Assembly: GCA_904063045.1 (NCBI GenBank) | Contig: CAJFCJ010000001.1 | Span: forward strand, 3,162,001-3,226,000 | Reading direction: 5' to 3' | Length of the DNA: 64,000 nt | From: Dimorphilus gyrociliatus | Lineage: Eukaryota > Animalia > Annelida | Shown: one piece after another, positions 1 to 14,100 of the stretch | Layout of the letters: each line of letters starts with the position of its first letter | Numbering within the stretch: the stretch's first letter is position 1 | Translations under genes and position numbers: made by a program | The notes under the pieces: model-generated | The model's input: only the letters and a program-made list of their open reading frames with translations | Database searches by the model: none | Told to the model about the DNA's origin: nothing

Positions 1-2996
1 CCTCAAACGTATAAACAAGCCGCTAATCCGGCTTAGGCTAATCTCAAGTCGAAACAGCCAATAAAAAATCAGCGAGCAGTTCGTCAAGTATTGAAAAGTA
101 GAAAGAAGTGAATCGTTGGATAGAAGAAATTTTTCGAGAGGTAATTTAAAAGAGATAATAAACAAGTAATAGCAAAATAAGTGGTAACATTCTTTTGGTT
201 TTACTATAAATGTGTACTCGTGGCATTTTCAGCATGTTACAGCTAATAACATGTACAGTATAAACAGCCTACAGTTTTCTTTATATACTTTACTAATATA
301 ATAGATCTTTATATATTCACTATATGCCTTACTTTCTTTCCTTTCCTTTTTTTTAAGAATTGATTCATTCATTATTTATCTCATTGCATCACGTAAAAAC
401 GTCATCGATAAAGTTTTAAGCCAACCTTAATAGGTTTTAAGCAATAGACAAATCATGAAATATTCAAATTGTGAACTGATACAAGTAATTTTTATTCCAT
501 TTGTTCATGTATTTGATAAGGCAAACATACCCTCATCCCTATTCAACTCCTTACTACTACTCATTTCTATGACTGTTCTTTCCAAGCCTCTCCTCCGCCT
601 TAGGCCATATATGCTCGAAATGAATAGGATTCATAAAAGCAATATACCAAGAGAAAGAGATTCTTGGTATGTGGAAAAAAAAGCTGAGGAATGCAAAATT
701 TTTTAGGTAAAAAAAAGAGGTGGAATGCGATCTCTCAAACAACTCCTTCTCCAGGCGGTATGTTTGCAATTTTTCACTTTTACCTTTCTAATTCATAAAT
801 GAACGTCAGAGGGCGTTAGATGGAGGTTTTGACGTTCAGTTTGAACAGGTGAATTGATTTTTTTTTATTATGTCAATAAAGCGCTTGAACAAATTTGAAT
901 GAAATACTTTAAGTAAATAGAGGCGGTACAAAGCACTTGATATTAATATCGTTTAATTACATGAATTAGAGTAATATTTTATGTTGAATGAATGAATGTT
1001 TAGGATAAATTAATAGGAAATTGTTTACTGTGCATGAATAAATCTCTTCAATTTTCTATTTTAAACTGGTTTAAGGAACAAATGACAACAACCCCGTTAA
1101 ATTGATGTAATGAAGGTCATGCGTAAAAACGCATATACTGACGAGATAAGAGAAAAAAGAGAATTGAATTAATTTATCTAAGTAGGCGTTCCTCGAATCG
1201 TAAACCGATTAGAGTGCCACTTCTATCTAACAAAGGCTTTTACAGTGAAATTGTACAGATAAGACGCAAAAAGACCGTCGTAGAAAGTGTTAGAAAGAAG
1301 AGAGAGAGAGGGAAACAGAGTCAACTTGTTAGAATGATGAAGAAGAACGGGTGACAAGGGCAGTACTACGTATAGATGTTTATTGAACAAAATGAAATAA
1401 ATGGAGATTTATAAATATATATATATAACACTGATAGACATTTCATTTAATGAACATGTTGAAGAAAAATAAAATGAGATGGAAGGCAAAGAGAGGAAAA
1501 GGAAGAAGACGGGCAAAGTCTAAGTGTAAGTTAAAAATAGGTGTATTTACACTGTATATCTTCTGCATATGTGCATCATAATATATCAATATGTATACTG
1601 TACTTACATCAACTCATTTACAGCAGTTTCTATTGTTGTTGTCCTATATTTTCTTAACTGAGTCTTTGTTAAACTAAGAAGATATTAGCAATATACAGTA
1701 TACAGTACACACCTTATGTATATAGTTAACTCTAAAATGCATGTATATATATATATATATATATATATATGTCATTTTTAAGTTGAGTTATTCGTATTAT
1801 TGATAAATACTAGTACATAATAACAATAGTAATAAGTAGAGAATATAAGAAAAAGGTTATTAATTATTCCTTTCTAAGTCATAATTAATTCTATTCATAG
1901 AGTTTTTTCTTTAATTATTGATTAAGAAATTCTTTTAGAGTTTGGAAAAACTAAAAATAAAATACTTAAAATATATAAAAGAAAGAAACGTGTAGGGAGA
2001 ATCGGTCAAAGATAGAATGATAAAGAATATACTATATATATATATATTATATATATTGTAAGCTTCTCTTGATATCGGTGCCTAGTTCGGCGAAAGCGTC
2101 TATTTAATTATTCGCAAATCTTTTCTAGGAATTACCACCCAGAATTCTTCATTTATACTTAATAGTAGAAGAGGTGATGTACAAGCAACTTTGCTTTATG
2201 TAAAATAACCTCCATTATTACATTATGTAACTTAGACTTAATAGTAATGATAGAGATTATGGGTATTTTGTACGTAAACGCTAAAAGCTATACAACCACG
2301 TAACGTCACTTAACGTTCTCTTTCTGTAATTTTAGACGCCCCTTAAGTAACTGGTGTTTTCTTAACAATAAAACTATTTGTTTTTCAAGTAGACGAAAGA
2401 TAAGATTTGAAGCAAAGAATTTATAGACTTTTCCATGTAAAGAAAGGGGTCAAATTGCGGATCTTATAACGTCTCGAAAAGACGTCGTTAGATGGTAGAA
2501 TAATGATATAGTTTGGTTCGTGTCAAACACGTAAACATTCTGTTTAAAGAAACTATTTCACTTTGATGATTTAAACGTTTAAGGGAAATGTTGGCGACAA
2601 TAAAAAACAATAAATTTCTACGAGAGTTTCTCGTATTACAAAGAAACGCTAATCAGTTTAAAATTTCAATTAATCTCTGGATCACCTTACAACAACCGGC
2701 GCCATTTCTCTTCTCAACTCTCGAGCGACATGAAAAAGGCTAACGGGTAATGAATGACCTTAATCAGACTGCACAAAGGGCGCTGACGTGGCAAACAAGA
2801 AGAGTTTAGAAAAGGCATCTTGTTTGCCTAAAATAAATCTTATTCAATAAGATAATTATTCTGTGCAAAGTCTGCAAGTGATCGCCAGTTGATAGCCTAC
2901 TACCGGTTTTTAAGGTGTCGACTCGGCACTTATTAATCTACTGTTCTACGAATTTCCCTTTTTATCAAACTAAATAACCAATTTATTCTCTTTCTT

Positions 2997-2999
2997 CCC

Positions 3000-3030
<31 letters not shown>
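2997..3030. repeat. C14 run followed by (TC)10
   Basis: Read directly. Confidence 0.9.
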
Positions 3031-3031
<1 letters not shown>

Positions 3032-5370
3032 GCCTCTTTCTTTCTCTGTCTTGCTAGCTCACATACTCACTCACTCACTCACTTTTCTTTCTGTGTCCAC
3101 TATACAAATTTCAGTGAGCCATCATAAAAGACGTCTAGCAGTAAACTTTACAATCTCATGTAAATTAATTAAGCAAATGTCAATATTATTGCTGATACAT
3201 ATATACATATATTCAATTTATACTGTTTTGACATATACATTAATGTATGTACAAAGTATATATCTATAGAATATAACATATAACACACATTCATAGATAT
3301 ATAATACAAATTTGTTTTAAATGCCTTATAATATTGCTATTTTTAAGCCTATTTAAAAATATGAACATCCTGTCTAGATAGAGAATACTCGACAAACTCT
3401 TCAAACAATGTTTTGCGTGAATATTCATATTAGTTGTAATAAATATTATGTTTTACAATGGTAAAAACTCCTTTCTCTAATTAGATTAATTAATTAATTT
3501 TTATTTATTATTATTGCATAATATACTACTTTTATATATGGTTATATTCTCTTCTATGAATATCCTTCTCTTTCTCTTCCATTTTATAGAGTTTACGATA
3601 CAAAAGATGTAATTATTTCATTTAAATTTTAATGATTCAATGTAACAACTTCTGTAACAAAGAAACAATATTAGAAGAGACAAAAATCCTTGAAAAACAA
3701 CAATATGTTTGGGTGCGTTTACACGGTATGCATATGCATATGTACAGTATGTGTGATTATTTACGTGTATATGTGCTAGATAGAGATAGAAAGAAAGACA
3801 AAAACATGAAAGAGATGGAGAGAGGAAGATAAATAAATAAGAAGGAAAGGGCTTAAGGAAAATTAACAACGAAAATATTCTTAAAAATTATTCGATTTAC
3901 AAAAAAATATACTTAAAAAGTAAACGGATCTTGAGTAAACTATAGATAGGACTTTATTTGACTAGTGTCGCTGTATATTGGCGATATGATATGATAACAA
4001 TTCTTTATCAGTATAGAACATACAAAGCGCAAATATACCCCATATATTTTTACAATCTTGAAAGTTGATATTGAAATAACAAACTTTGAAAACAATAAAA
4101 TTATTTTCACAGGTGAAAACCTACTGCAATAAGTTGGAAAATTGATGAGAGAAAATATGTAAATGAACGGATAATAAGAATTGGAACAATAGCACGATAG
4201 GTAGAGAGAGAGAGAGAGAGAGGGGCAGAGAAAGACAGGGAAACAGAGAGAAAGAGAGGGGGAAGAAGGATAAGGAAATAGGAATGAGAATGTACTGAAA
4301 TAGAGAAAAAGTGAGGGAGAAATAGGCAGGGAGAGAGATAGATAGATAGATTAGTGGAGAGACCCAATGTATTTTTAAAGGTTGGGAAAACTTTTACTGC
4401 AGGGATCTTTCCTAATTGTCATTCATCGATATTTTTGCTGCCACAATTCCAATCACGAACGACTGACCTAGTTGTTCGGGCCGCCAGATAAACACGGTAA
4501 ATATTTGCTATACGAATTGATTGACGGCGTTATTTCGCGCATCAGTACATTTTATTTCACATGTATTAAAATAATGTTAGATTTTAATTCTGTTTCTAAT
4601 AGTTAAATGAAAAGGAACGCCAAATTCCCTAATTAGAATTCAATAGGATTAATTGAAGCGATTTCCTGGTAAGAGCTACCGGGCAAAAACTGACAGGAAA
4701 GGGGGCGTTAAAGAAGGGTGATGAAAGGAAGAGGGGATGGGGGTAGTAGGGTGGAAGAAGGGTAACAATTATTCCTAGAAAAAGTGTTAAAACTATAAAT
4801 AAAATAGAAAGTTGAAAAATATTTTCCCTCGGCTATAAACTGCCTTATTAGAATACAATAGTCTTATATAAGCTTTACTTAATAAACAAACCGCCTATAT
4901 TACTAAACAACGTTCTCTTCAGAGCCGTGTATGCATATGTATTTAGAATTTGATTATTCTTTTTTAAATGATCTAGTTCCATATATAGAATTATGCTAAT
5001 TAAATAATAACATATAAGAATATTTGTCGTACATAGACCAGTTATATAAACTAATAATTCATGCAAAAGTTTTATATTGGATATCTAGCTGGGTAAACTT
5101 TATTTACTCTTTTTTTTCTCCTTTTTCAAGCAAAAATTTCTCCATTTGCCTTCTAATGATGTATTCAGATCTAATTTGCATATGGCAACGCCCGACATCA
5201 GCCAAACTATGCCTTTGTTTGAACATGACAGGAAATTATCTTAATTTTATTGCGACCCGCATGACACAATTTACAGTTTTCTTCCCTATCTAAAATCGAA
5301 ATAGGAAATATTTCAGATTTTGAATTGTCTTTACACTGGGAGGTCTTCCATTTTCTTTATTTGTTTCTTC

Positions 5371-5402
5371 TCTTCTTCTTCTTCTTCTTCTTCTTCTTCT
5401 TC
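5371..5402. repeat. (TCT)10 microsatellite
   Basis: Read directly; explains the poly-Ser ORF 5320-5568. Confidence 0.9.
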
Positions 5403-6012
5403 AATCTATTCGCGCCATAGCTTTTTTATATCACTTGTATTAATAGATCAAAGCTTGAATATATGTGCGAAAAGAGAGATAGAAAGAGCGAAAAATTCAA
5501 TATACACATTTAATATTTGTATAATTAACTATTTGTTTATTTATTTCTTTCGGGGTATAAATTCATAAACTAACTAACTGATCGATATGATTGACAAAGG
5601 TCATGTGATTTAATTTTATCCTAAATATAGTTTTCTGCTTTCTAACGGCTTCATTGACTTGCAGTCAATAAACCGAGCCTAATTACTAATGAAAGAGCAA
5701 GCAAGGTCAACAGCAATTGTTTTGTTTTATCTGTTTTGGAAAAAAATATCGTAAACCTCGCTCGACTGATTGAGTCCCCCTCGATCTCGTACAGAATCGC
5801 TTTAGAGTAGAGCAGCATGCGGTTAAACAGCCTCTTTTTCATTGCTTTTCCTTCTTTATTCGTATCGTCTCTCCTTCTTCTATAAAACCTTTCGTCTTAA
5901 TGTTCATTACAGTGTATCTCTCTATTACTCTTCTTTTTTTAGGATGAGTAAAAAGAAGATAAAAAGCGGAATATGTTACAAAAAAAAGAAAAGATTGAGA
6001 GAAAGAGAGGAT

Positions 6013-6017
<5 letters not shown>

Positions 6018-6055
<38 letters not shown>

Positions 6056-6070
6056 GGGAGGGAGAGAGAG
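6018..6070. repeat. (GA)n microsatellite with GGGA interruptions
   Basis: Read directly. Confidence 0.9.
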
Positions 6071-6982
6071 AATGAAGAAGTAATTTAACCATTTCTTTGA
6101 ATTCTTCCTAATCCCATCCGATCAGCATTGGTATATTTTAAAGAACTAGAATAATTAGAAAATGACTCAATTCTATTTCTATTTTTACGGATATACGATC
6201 TTTTCGTCTTACTCTCGCGGGATTAAGGAAAAGTAGTATTTGCTGTGTACGTCTAAGTGAATGCGTGTGTACGTTGTTTATTTCTTCATCCCTACTTCTA
6301 CCATTCGATATATTTTTTCCATCCCATTTCATCCAACTCGAACACTATAGAAAGACGTAATTCCGAATGGAATTCATAATCAATCTAACTACAGAACAAG
6401 TATTACCATAGTTTGCTTTTTCTCTCTATTATTTATTTGTCTTTTTTTTTATAAAAAAAATGCGATTGTTACTCAGTTTATTTCTATTGATTAAAACTTG
6501 GACTGTTTTATTTCCTTTTAATTATGGCGATAAGAAGAATTTTTACTTTCTTCTCTTTGCTATTATTAAGTATTTAATATCTTGATTACCATTAATTATT
6601 AACCATTTATTCCGAACTTTTATTTTCTAGCCTAATTCTCTTTAGCATATTCATGAAAGATGAAAAATATTCATGAATGATAAACAGCGTCATCTAGCTT
6701 TTTTTTAGCATTAAAGGCCTATCATTGAACTCACAAAAAAATCTCAAAGGCCTTCCAAATAATCAAATACTTACAAAAGACGTCATTAAAGCGGCTATTG
6801 AATTACACCGCTACCAGAGTTGACTACGAATCGGTTAATTTCCCTTATTCGGTCATTTGTTATAATCATTAGACAATCAATGGCCATGGAACGAATGAGT
6901 AATGAATGGAAAATATACACTAATGACAAAATTTTAGGATTACATATAAATATAAATAAATAAATAAAAATAAAATATATAT

Positions 6983-7016
<34 letters not shown>

Positions 7017-7887
7017 GAGAGAGAGAAGGGAAAAAGGAGATATAGATTGTATTATAATCCAATATGAATATATATTTTCATTTTATCATTAGAACTCTAT
7101 TTTTTCAATTAAGTCTACGCATTCTTTTCCTGGAAAAGAACAAATTGTATTAATTTGGTTGGATCATGATGTTAATACAATTGAAGGGAATATGGCAAGT
7201 ATCAGTTTATTGACAAAAGCTATAAGTAAATAGAACTACCCTAACAATCAATAAACCGACAATTTTCCATAACATCTCTTTATAATTCTCAATCAACTTA
7301 AAAATACACATTTTGTAAGTTTTTCTTCTATATAACAAAAGTAAAATGACTGGAATATTATTGCACATGTAATGTAGTCCTTTTCTAATAGATTTTATTA
7401 ATGCTAATACTACTACTAGTAGTAATAATATAATAACAGTAATCATAGTGTATATGTATGCATGCATGTGTAAAAAGTATAGGAAAAGAATGAGTAATTG
7501 AGCGAATGATTAACTACTATCTTTCTTATTTATAAACAAGTAAAACGAAGAGAAATATACGTCACAGTTAAAGAAAATTAAGTGAATATGAATAATAACA
7601 TCACGTATTTACTTTTATATATAATATTAATTATAACCACTATACGGTTTTTCCTATAAAAACAAAGAGAGTAAAAAAGATATGGAGAGAGAGAGAGCGT
7701 CTCTTTTGTAATATTACTGTAATTTTTAAAATAATAGCGATAATTTATCAATAATTCGAAAAGTTGTGAATGGAGGAAAAGAAAAGAAAAACAAGGTTAA
7801 TGTACTTAAACAACGCAAAAGAGTAGTAATGTTATTCTTTTTTATATTTTAGTCTCCCAACTGTAATTAATCTATTACTACTGTTTC

Positions 7888-10700
7888 TTTATTCTTTATT
7901 TTATTATATTCTGTATAATAAAACTATTCAGTATTACAAATTTTCCTTACTGCGGCTACTATTATCAAAAACTTTACGTTCTATTGCCTAATTACATTAT
8001 TAAACTAAGCTCAACAAAAATATATAGAATATATATATAAAGATTATTTTTCATTTGTTTTTTTTTTGTAGAAAATGAAAATAAAAGGGAAAAAGGAAAA
8101 AAAATATAATACGAATAAAACGAGATGAACGCTAGCACCACATAAATAACAATTTCTGAACATTTATCATGATTAGCAGCTCAAGTTTGACCTAATTTTT
8201 GCATGCCTTTGAAAGCCGACAATCTATATATATATATATATATATAAAACATATATATATATATATGGTTATATAGTTATATATATATATATGTATACCA
8301 CATAAAGCAAAACAGCTTTATCACAGATTTCTTTCAGCAGGGCTGCATATTTTTTATATGAAAAACAAAACCCAGATTGTTAGCAGGCAACAAACTGAAG
8401 CTATAATCACTATAATGAAAGAGCGAAGTAAAAAATAAGAAGGCTAGCACCAAATTGTTTAGCGCGAACACAAGAAGATTCTTTTTTTATTTTAATTTAT
8501 CACAGTATCTTTTCCATCCAACTTGTTTGGCAGCATTTAAGTGGGCGAGTGAAAAATGTCTGTAAGATGTTTGTATCAAGCAATATAAACAGCATATACA
8601 ATATAGGCCTAGATGGACGGTTCAATCAAATTTCGCTTGTTTTTTAATGGGCGTTGGCATTCGTATTACAAAATTGCACTTTTGACAAAAGATGGATGAC
8701 CCTGTCCATGAAATATTAATAATTTAGATGTTTGGCGTGAAGAGTCTGGCAAATTTTTTTTCTACTCGATTTTGAAATAATAAGCTATGTTGAGTGAGTC
8801 TATTCCAAGAAAACCGTTAAATATAACGATAGAAAATAGTATAAACATAATTAATGAGGTGAAACAAAATAGTCATCTTATGTTCGATATTTATAATGAA
8901 AATACAGTATATCTTTTTCTTCTTTTGCTGTTAGAGTCGGATAACTAAATCTTAATTTTCTTGTTAAAATATTCACATATTCTAATAGCAATAACAAGAT
9001 ATACACTTAATGCAAATATATATATCAATTGCCTTTATCCTCAATAATGTTCTTGTATAGAGAAAGCAGAAAAGAATTAATGAAAAACATAAGGAAAGAG
9101 GAAACAAAGTAATAATTCCTAACTCTTCATTGATTTTCTATTTAATAGGTTAGATATTTTGTCGTATATTAGAATAAAATAAATTCTAAACATGTTCTTT
9201 ACTTTATGACGTCACACTACAATTTTGTTCAAATTCAGAATATATATCGTCACAGTATATATTATATCATAAAAAAATGCAAATGTCCTAATTATTTGCA
9301 ACTAAAGCTCTAGTTAACCTCTTAAATAATTGGCTAAACAATCAAGTAATATACTTAAATATAGATTCAAAGTTGGATTAGAGTGATTTACGAGATCAAA
9401 ATTAAATAGAACGCTGTTAAAGTATCTATTTTAATTCCGCTGCTCCCTCAGTAGTCGTTTGAGTTTATTATCGCGTTTTTTTAAAGAGGTGAATTGTCTT
9501 TTTTTGTTTTCTTTTATCAGTAAAAAATGTTAAATTATTAATGGTTTAGATCTGCAAAAGCACTTCCATTTCTATTTTCATACGCTTCGTTCCCTCTCCT
9601 CCTCCTCCTCCTCTTCCATATTTATCTTCTACAAAATCTCCAAACTCTTCTCAAGTGCTTTTTAAAAAATACATTCGACCGAAAAATCGCATAAATTAAA
9701 TATTTTTACTGCTAATTGTTATGTTTTGTATGTTTTGTTTGTTTGCTAAATCATTTCTTTTCATTTTTTAAATATTAAATAAAAGTTGAAATAAACACAG
9801 TATAAAGAAATGTAAATAGATCGGTATTAATTTTTCGCGACGTTAATTATTTGATGAATAAAAAAGAGCAAACACCACCATCCATCTAAGCCCGAGCCTA
9901 AACACTCAAATCAGGCAAAAGAAAGGTTTGCAAAAGTATATATACATTGTGAATATATTATTATCAGCTCATGTGCGACAGTGTTTGCTTTTTAAAAAAA
10001 AAAAACCATGTTAGGAAACTAATAGGCTGCATGCAAGTCAAAAGAAAAAATGGCAGCAATCATCACGAAAAAAAGAATCATTGTATTGTTTGTTTCTGTT
10101 AGAAGCTTCCACACAAACATACACGCAGAATCTCATTCGTTCAATCTCTAACATTCGTTCATTCATTCGCCCACACACGTACTCAAACACACAAAAGGTT
10201 TCATATTATTTAGAAATTATAAGCAAAAAAATACACCCAACCGCTGGGCGGTTCAAGCAGAGAAAAGCCGAGCGTGTTGAACAGCTCTGAAAAAATACGC
10301 CACTTGCACCACTGTTTTTTTTTTGCACTACAACATTTAATAACAACAACAAAACAACAACTATATATAAAAATACTTGGTCAGAAACATTCGAAACATA
10401 TAAAACATCTTTTTCACCTAAACACACGCACCATGGCACTAGATAAAAAATATAGACGCCACGTTGAGGACTCGTTGCATCGGTTTTTTTTTTCATCAAA
10501 AGAAAAAGGAAAGAAAAAGAACTTTGCCTCGTCAACGCCATAGTATAAGACAAGACAGACGTGAAAAAATAAACAACAGTGGAATGCACAAGATGTTTTT
10601 TTTTGCGTTTTACAAAATATGAAATATATTTATACATATGCATATATGTATATGTTTCTTTATTTTTTTTTATCAAAATTTCATATATATATATATATAT

Positions 10701-10731
<31 letters not shown>

Positions 10732-10932
10732 GATATATATTACTTTTGTGCTAATATACATATACATATCAGAAAACTCAACACCTTTATTTGCATAGAT
10801 TAATCATAATCAATCAATCAACTAAGTACACCTTAAAAATTTCATAAAAAACAATGTCTACTGCATCCCATACCTCAACGCATCGTGTCAAAAAGTTATT
10901 TTTTTTTTCAAATAACAAATATATATATATAT

Positions 10933-10965
<33 letters not shown>

Positions 10966-11148
10966 TAAAAGAATTACATATACAAGTATATATTTACATA
11001 TATAGCTATATATATACTATATACTATAGCTATATACATATTATGATTAACATATTACAAATAATACAGTATATAATACATGAAGTTTAATAATAATAAT
11101 AGAATCTTTACCTATATAAGAAAGAACACATCGCCCAAAACATTTTTT
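7888..11148 (-). other. mbl: Probable long 3' UTR of mbl
   Basis: Minus-strand excess of YGCY and of conserved miRNA seed matches at 8.1-8.75 kb; AATAAA candidates at 10786, 8486 and 7888-7905. The 3' end cannot be fixed from sequence alone. Confidence 0.5.
10681..10975. repeat. Two compound (TA)n/(TACA) tracts
   Basis: Tracts at ~10681-10740 and ~10918-10975. Confidence 0.85.
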
Positions 11149-11183
11149 TCAAAACCTCTGAATATTGCCCGGATGTCCGGTAA
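11149..11183 (-). CDS. mbl: mbl last coding exon
   Basis: ttttcttacag| acceptor; the phase 1 join gives [11 protein letters not shown] followed by TGA. Confidence 0.8.
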
Positions 11184-14100
11184 CTGTAAGAAAAAGATTA
11201 CGTAATCGATTGAGCTAATGTAGAACCAGGGTAAAAGAAGATACAAAGTAGCGGCCAAAAGTTATTACTCAACCTTTTATAATATAATTAAAAAATATAC
11301 ATCTAAACCTAGCTAATAGATGGTACTTAAAATAATTAAATCTATCCTGGGATATTTTAGGTAGTAACATACTAGTATATAGAATACACTAGTATAACAA
11401 GCTCAAATACCTAGGCCATAATGCACAGTAGGTTAGTTTTATTGTGATATTGACGAGATATATTTAATTATTCGGCTACTACATACGTTATACAGTATTT
11501 CATTTTAATATTCTAGTAATTTAGCCGTAAATTATACAATGTAAAAAATAATTACAATTAATAATCTAACGTTACTTTCTTAACCGCAATAATATCTGTA
11601 TACTGCTTATTTGTAGACTATTTGGCTCTTTATCATCGATTAAATTAATTTTTCAAGCAAATGTAAGTCAATTTATAGTTAGTTGCATTATCTACAGCAA
11701 TATACTATAAAATTTAAGATACATATATAGATATTCCTTTCTTTATTGCAATAGTATACTGTAAAAATATAAAGGGTAAGTAAATCATCAGCTATTACAT
11801 ATCACATTTACAAAAACTTCGTAGCAATATTTCGATAGCTTATTATTCAGTATAATAATCCGCTTGTGTGCGATTACTTCAATTTTCAGGGCATTAAATG
11901 ATAACCCTCCTCCCACTCCCATATTACAATCCGATTAAAGCAAAATGGCCTCTCTTATACGCTATACAGTACTTCATTATCTATACATATACATATATTC
12001 GTCTCAGTTACTAGTAATTGAATATTTTAACAATTTTCAAGTGAAAAATTTTTTTGTTCCATTCAATATCGATATATCAATTTACCATTAAAAATGTTCG
12101 TTATTGAAATCCAGTAGGTTTAGATTTTATGTTTTCCTTTTTTTTTTAATAAAAAAAAAACCTAAAGGGAAATCACGTAGTATGAGAAAAAAAAACCGAA
12201 AATTCTTTTTCTATAATGTTTCGAATGATTTACATGTAAACTTTGCTTTAGTAAATACCAACATTCCGTTTGAACTTTTATCTACACTTTTTTTTCTTAT
12301 CATAAACAGAAATTTTAGAATAGTATTCGTATTTAATGTAATCTATCGGCGGACACCGAGTCTTAAATGAAAATTTCTTACTGATACGGTGTCCCATTTG
12401 AATAAAATTTACCGCTGGTATCTTCTTGTTTATACTTAAGTAAAAGACACTCACGAGGCATAAAACCGCCGGCCGTTAAATGTGGATAAGCGGCCGGTAT
12501 ATAAGCCATCTGCTGTTGACTAAAGACGGAAGTCGGTAGAATGGAAGCGGGCATCGATACTGGAATTGCAGTCGGAAGTTGGTGTGCGGGGCCATAAGCG
12601 GATAATGAAGGCACTCCACTCTTGTCCACTGCCAACCTCTTAATATTCGGTGCCAAAAGACTATGTGCAGGATTCTGCTGTAAATAAACAAAAAACATTT
12701 GTTAGTTTCTTCCGGTCGCCTCCATATTTCTATACAGGGGGCGATTTAAATGCAAATTTCTTTCTTTGTACCAACGACTACGTGACCAGAATATCAAGTA
12801 AAATATTATCTTATTACTTTTGTTCTTGACTATTACCTTGTTCAGTTAAAACTGTACCATCCTTTTAAGATGACAAATAAATAAATAAAAAAAAAAGATT
12901 TATGGAAATTTATGGAAATTGCATGAATTAGAAATGATTTGTCGGTATGATTGTTATCAGGAATGAGAAATTAAACGTCTCTATTCTGTAAATTACAAAT
13001 AATTTACAACTGTACAATTTCAACGCAAAGGAAAATTAAATTAAATAAATAATCTTTCATTTTTAGAATCTATAAAAAGAATTTAAAAAATATTATTCCT
13101 TTACTTGATCTGAGAGTAGATTGACTAATCAAGTATTACAGATATATTTCATTCTTTTAAATACATCGCTTTGTAACAAAAAAAATGAATATGTCAACTA
13201 TACATAGCCCTAAAGCTATATATATATATATTAAATAAATTTTCTTGATTACTCATTTTCAGTATTTATTTTCCTTCTTTCTCTCTTTCTCTTTCTTTCT
13301 TTCTTTCTTTCTTTCTCTCTCTCTCTCTCTACAAATATTCTGGTCTCGTAGATTCTCTTAGAAAAAAAAAACGCTCGAGCGCAAGTGCTATATATAAATA
13401 TATAGATATATATGTTAATATACGATTTCTAAGTATACTGCCTTAAAAATGTGTTGAATAGCATGCAAGAAGTTTAGGCGACGTGCAAAATATAGATTGA
13501 ATAGATGAATTGTAAAAGTAGTAAATATAATAAATATATATATATATACATATATAGCGATATATATATATATAAACATTATGAATTGCTTAATTTTCAC
13601 TGTGAAAAGAATTATTAATACTATAAACTACTAAAAAAAAATCATCTTTCATTTGTTGGGGTTTTTTTTTTCATTTTGATCTAAACTACTAAATTATTTT
13701 CTTGTTTCGAGATTATTCTCGACGCAATATTTCGATTTCTAATAAAGTTAATTTAGCTGAGGCGAAATGGGCGAATTTGCTGTTTAAAGGCTGCGAAAAT
13801 TTAGGATATTTAACCATGCAACTGCAACCATTTTGTTTTAAAGATTTTCTCTAAAAACAAATACCATTTGATTACATAATTATAGAGATACTTTTTAATT
13901 TCATTGCCTAGCGATAGATTTTTTTCGCTCTTCTATGCGTTAATTCGTTAAAAAAAGGCCTAATGCTTAAAATGGGCTTTTAAAAATTTGTTAAAAAGGA
14001 TTAATGGAAAAAAAACGGAAAACGATTGCAGTCAGTCAAAAATCAACAACTTAAACAAATGCAGCCAAAAGGAAAAAAAGTGAAAAAAATGACGCCCATT

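Noticed and set aside
10206-11090. Cluster of 69-166 aa ORFs
   Set aside because: TA-repeat and UTR-derived low-complexity translations (poly IY).
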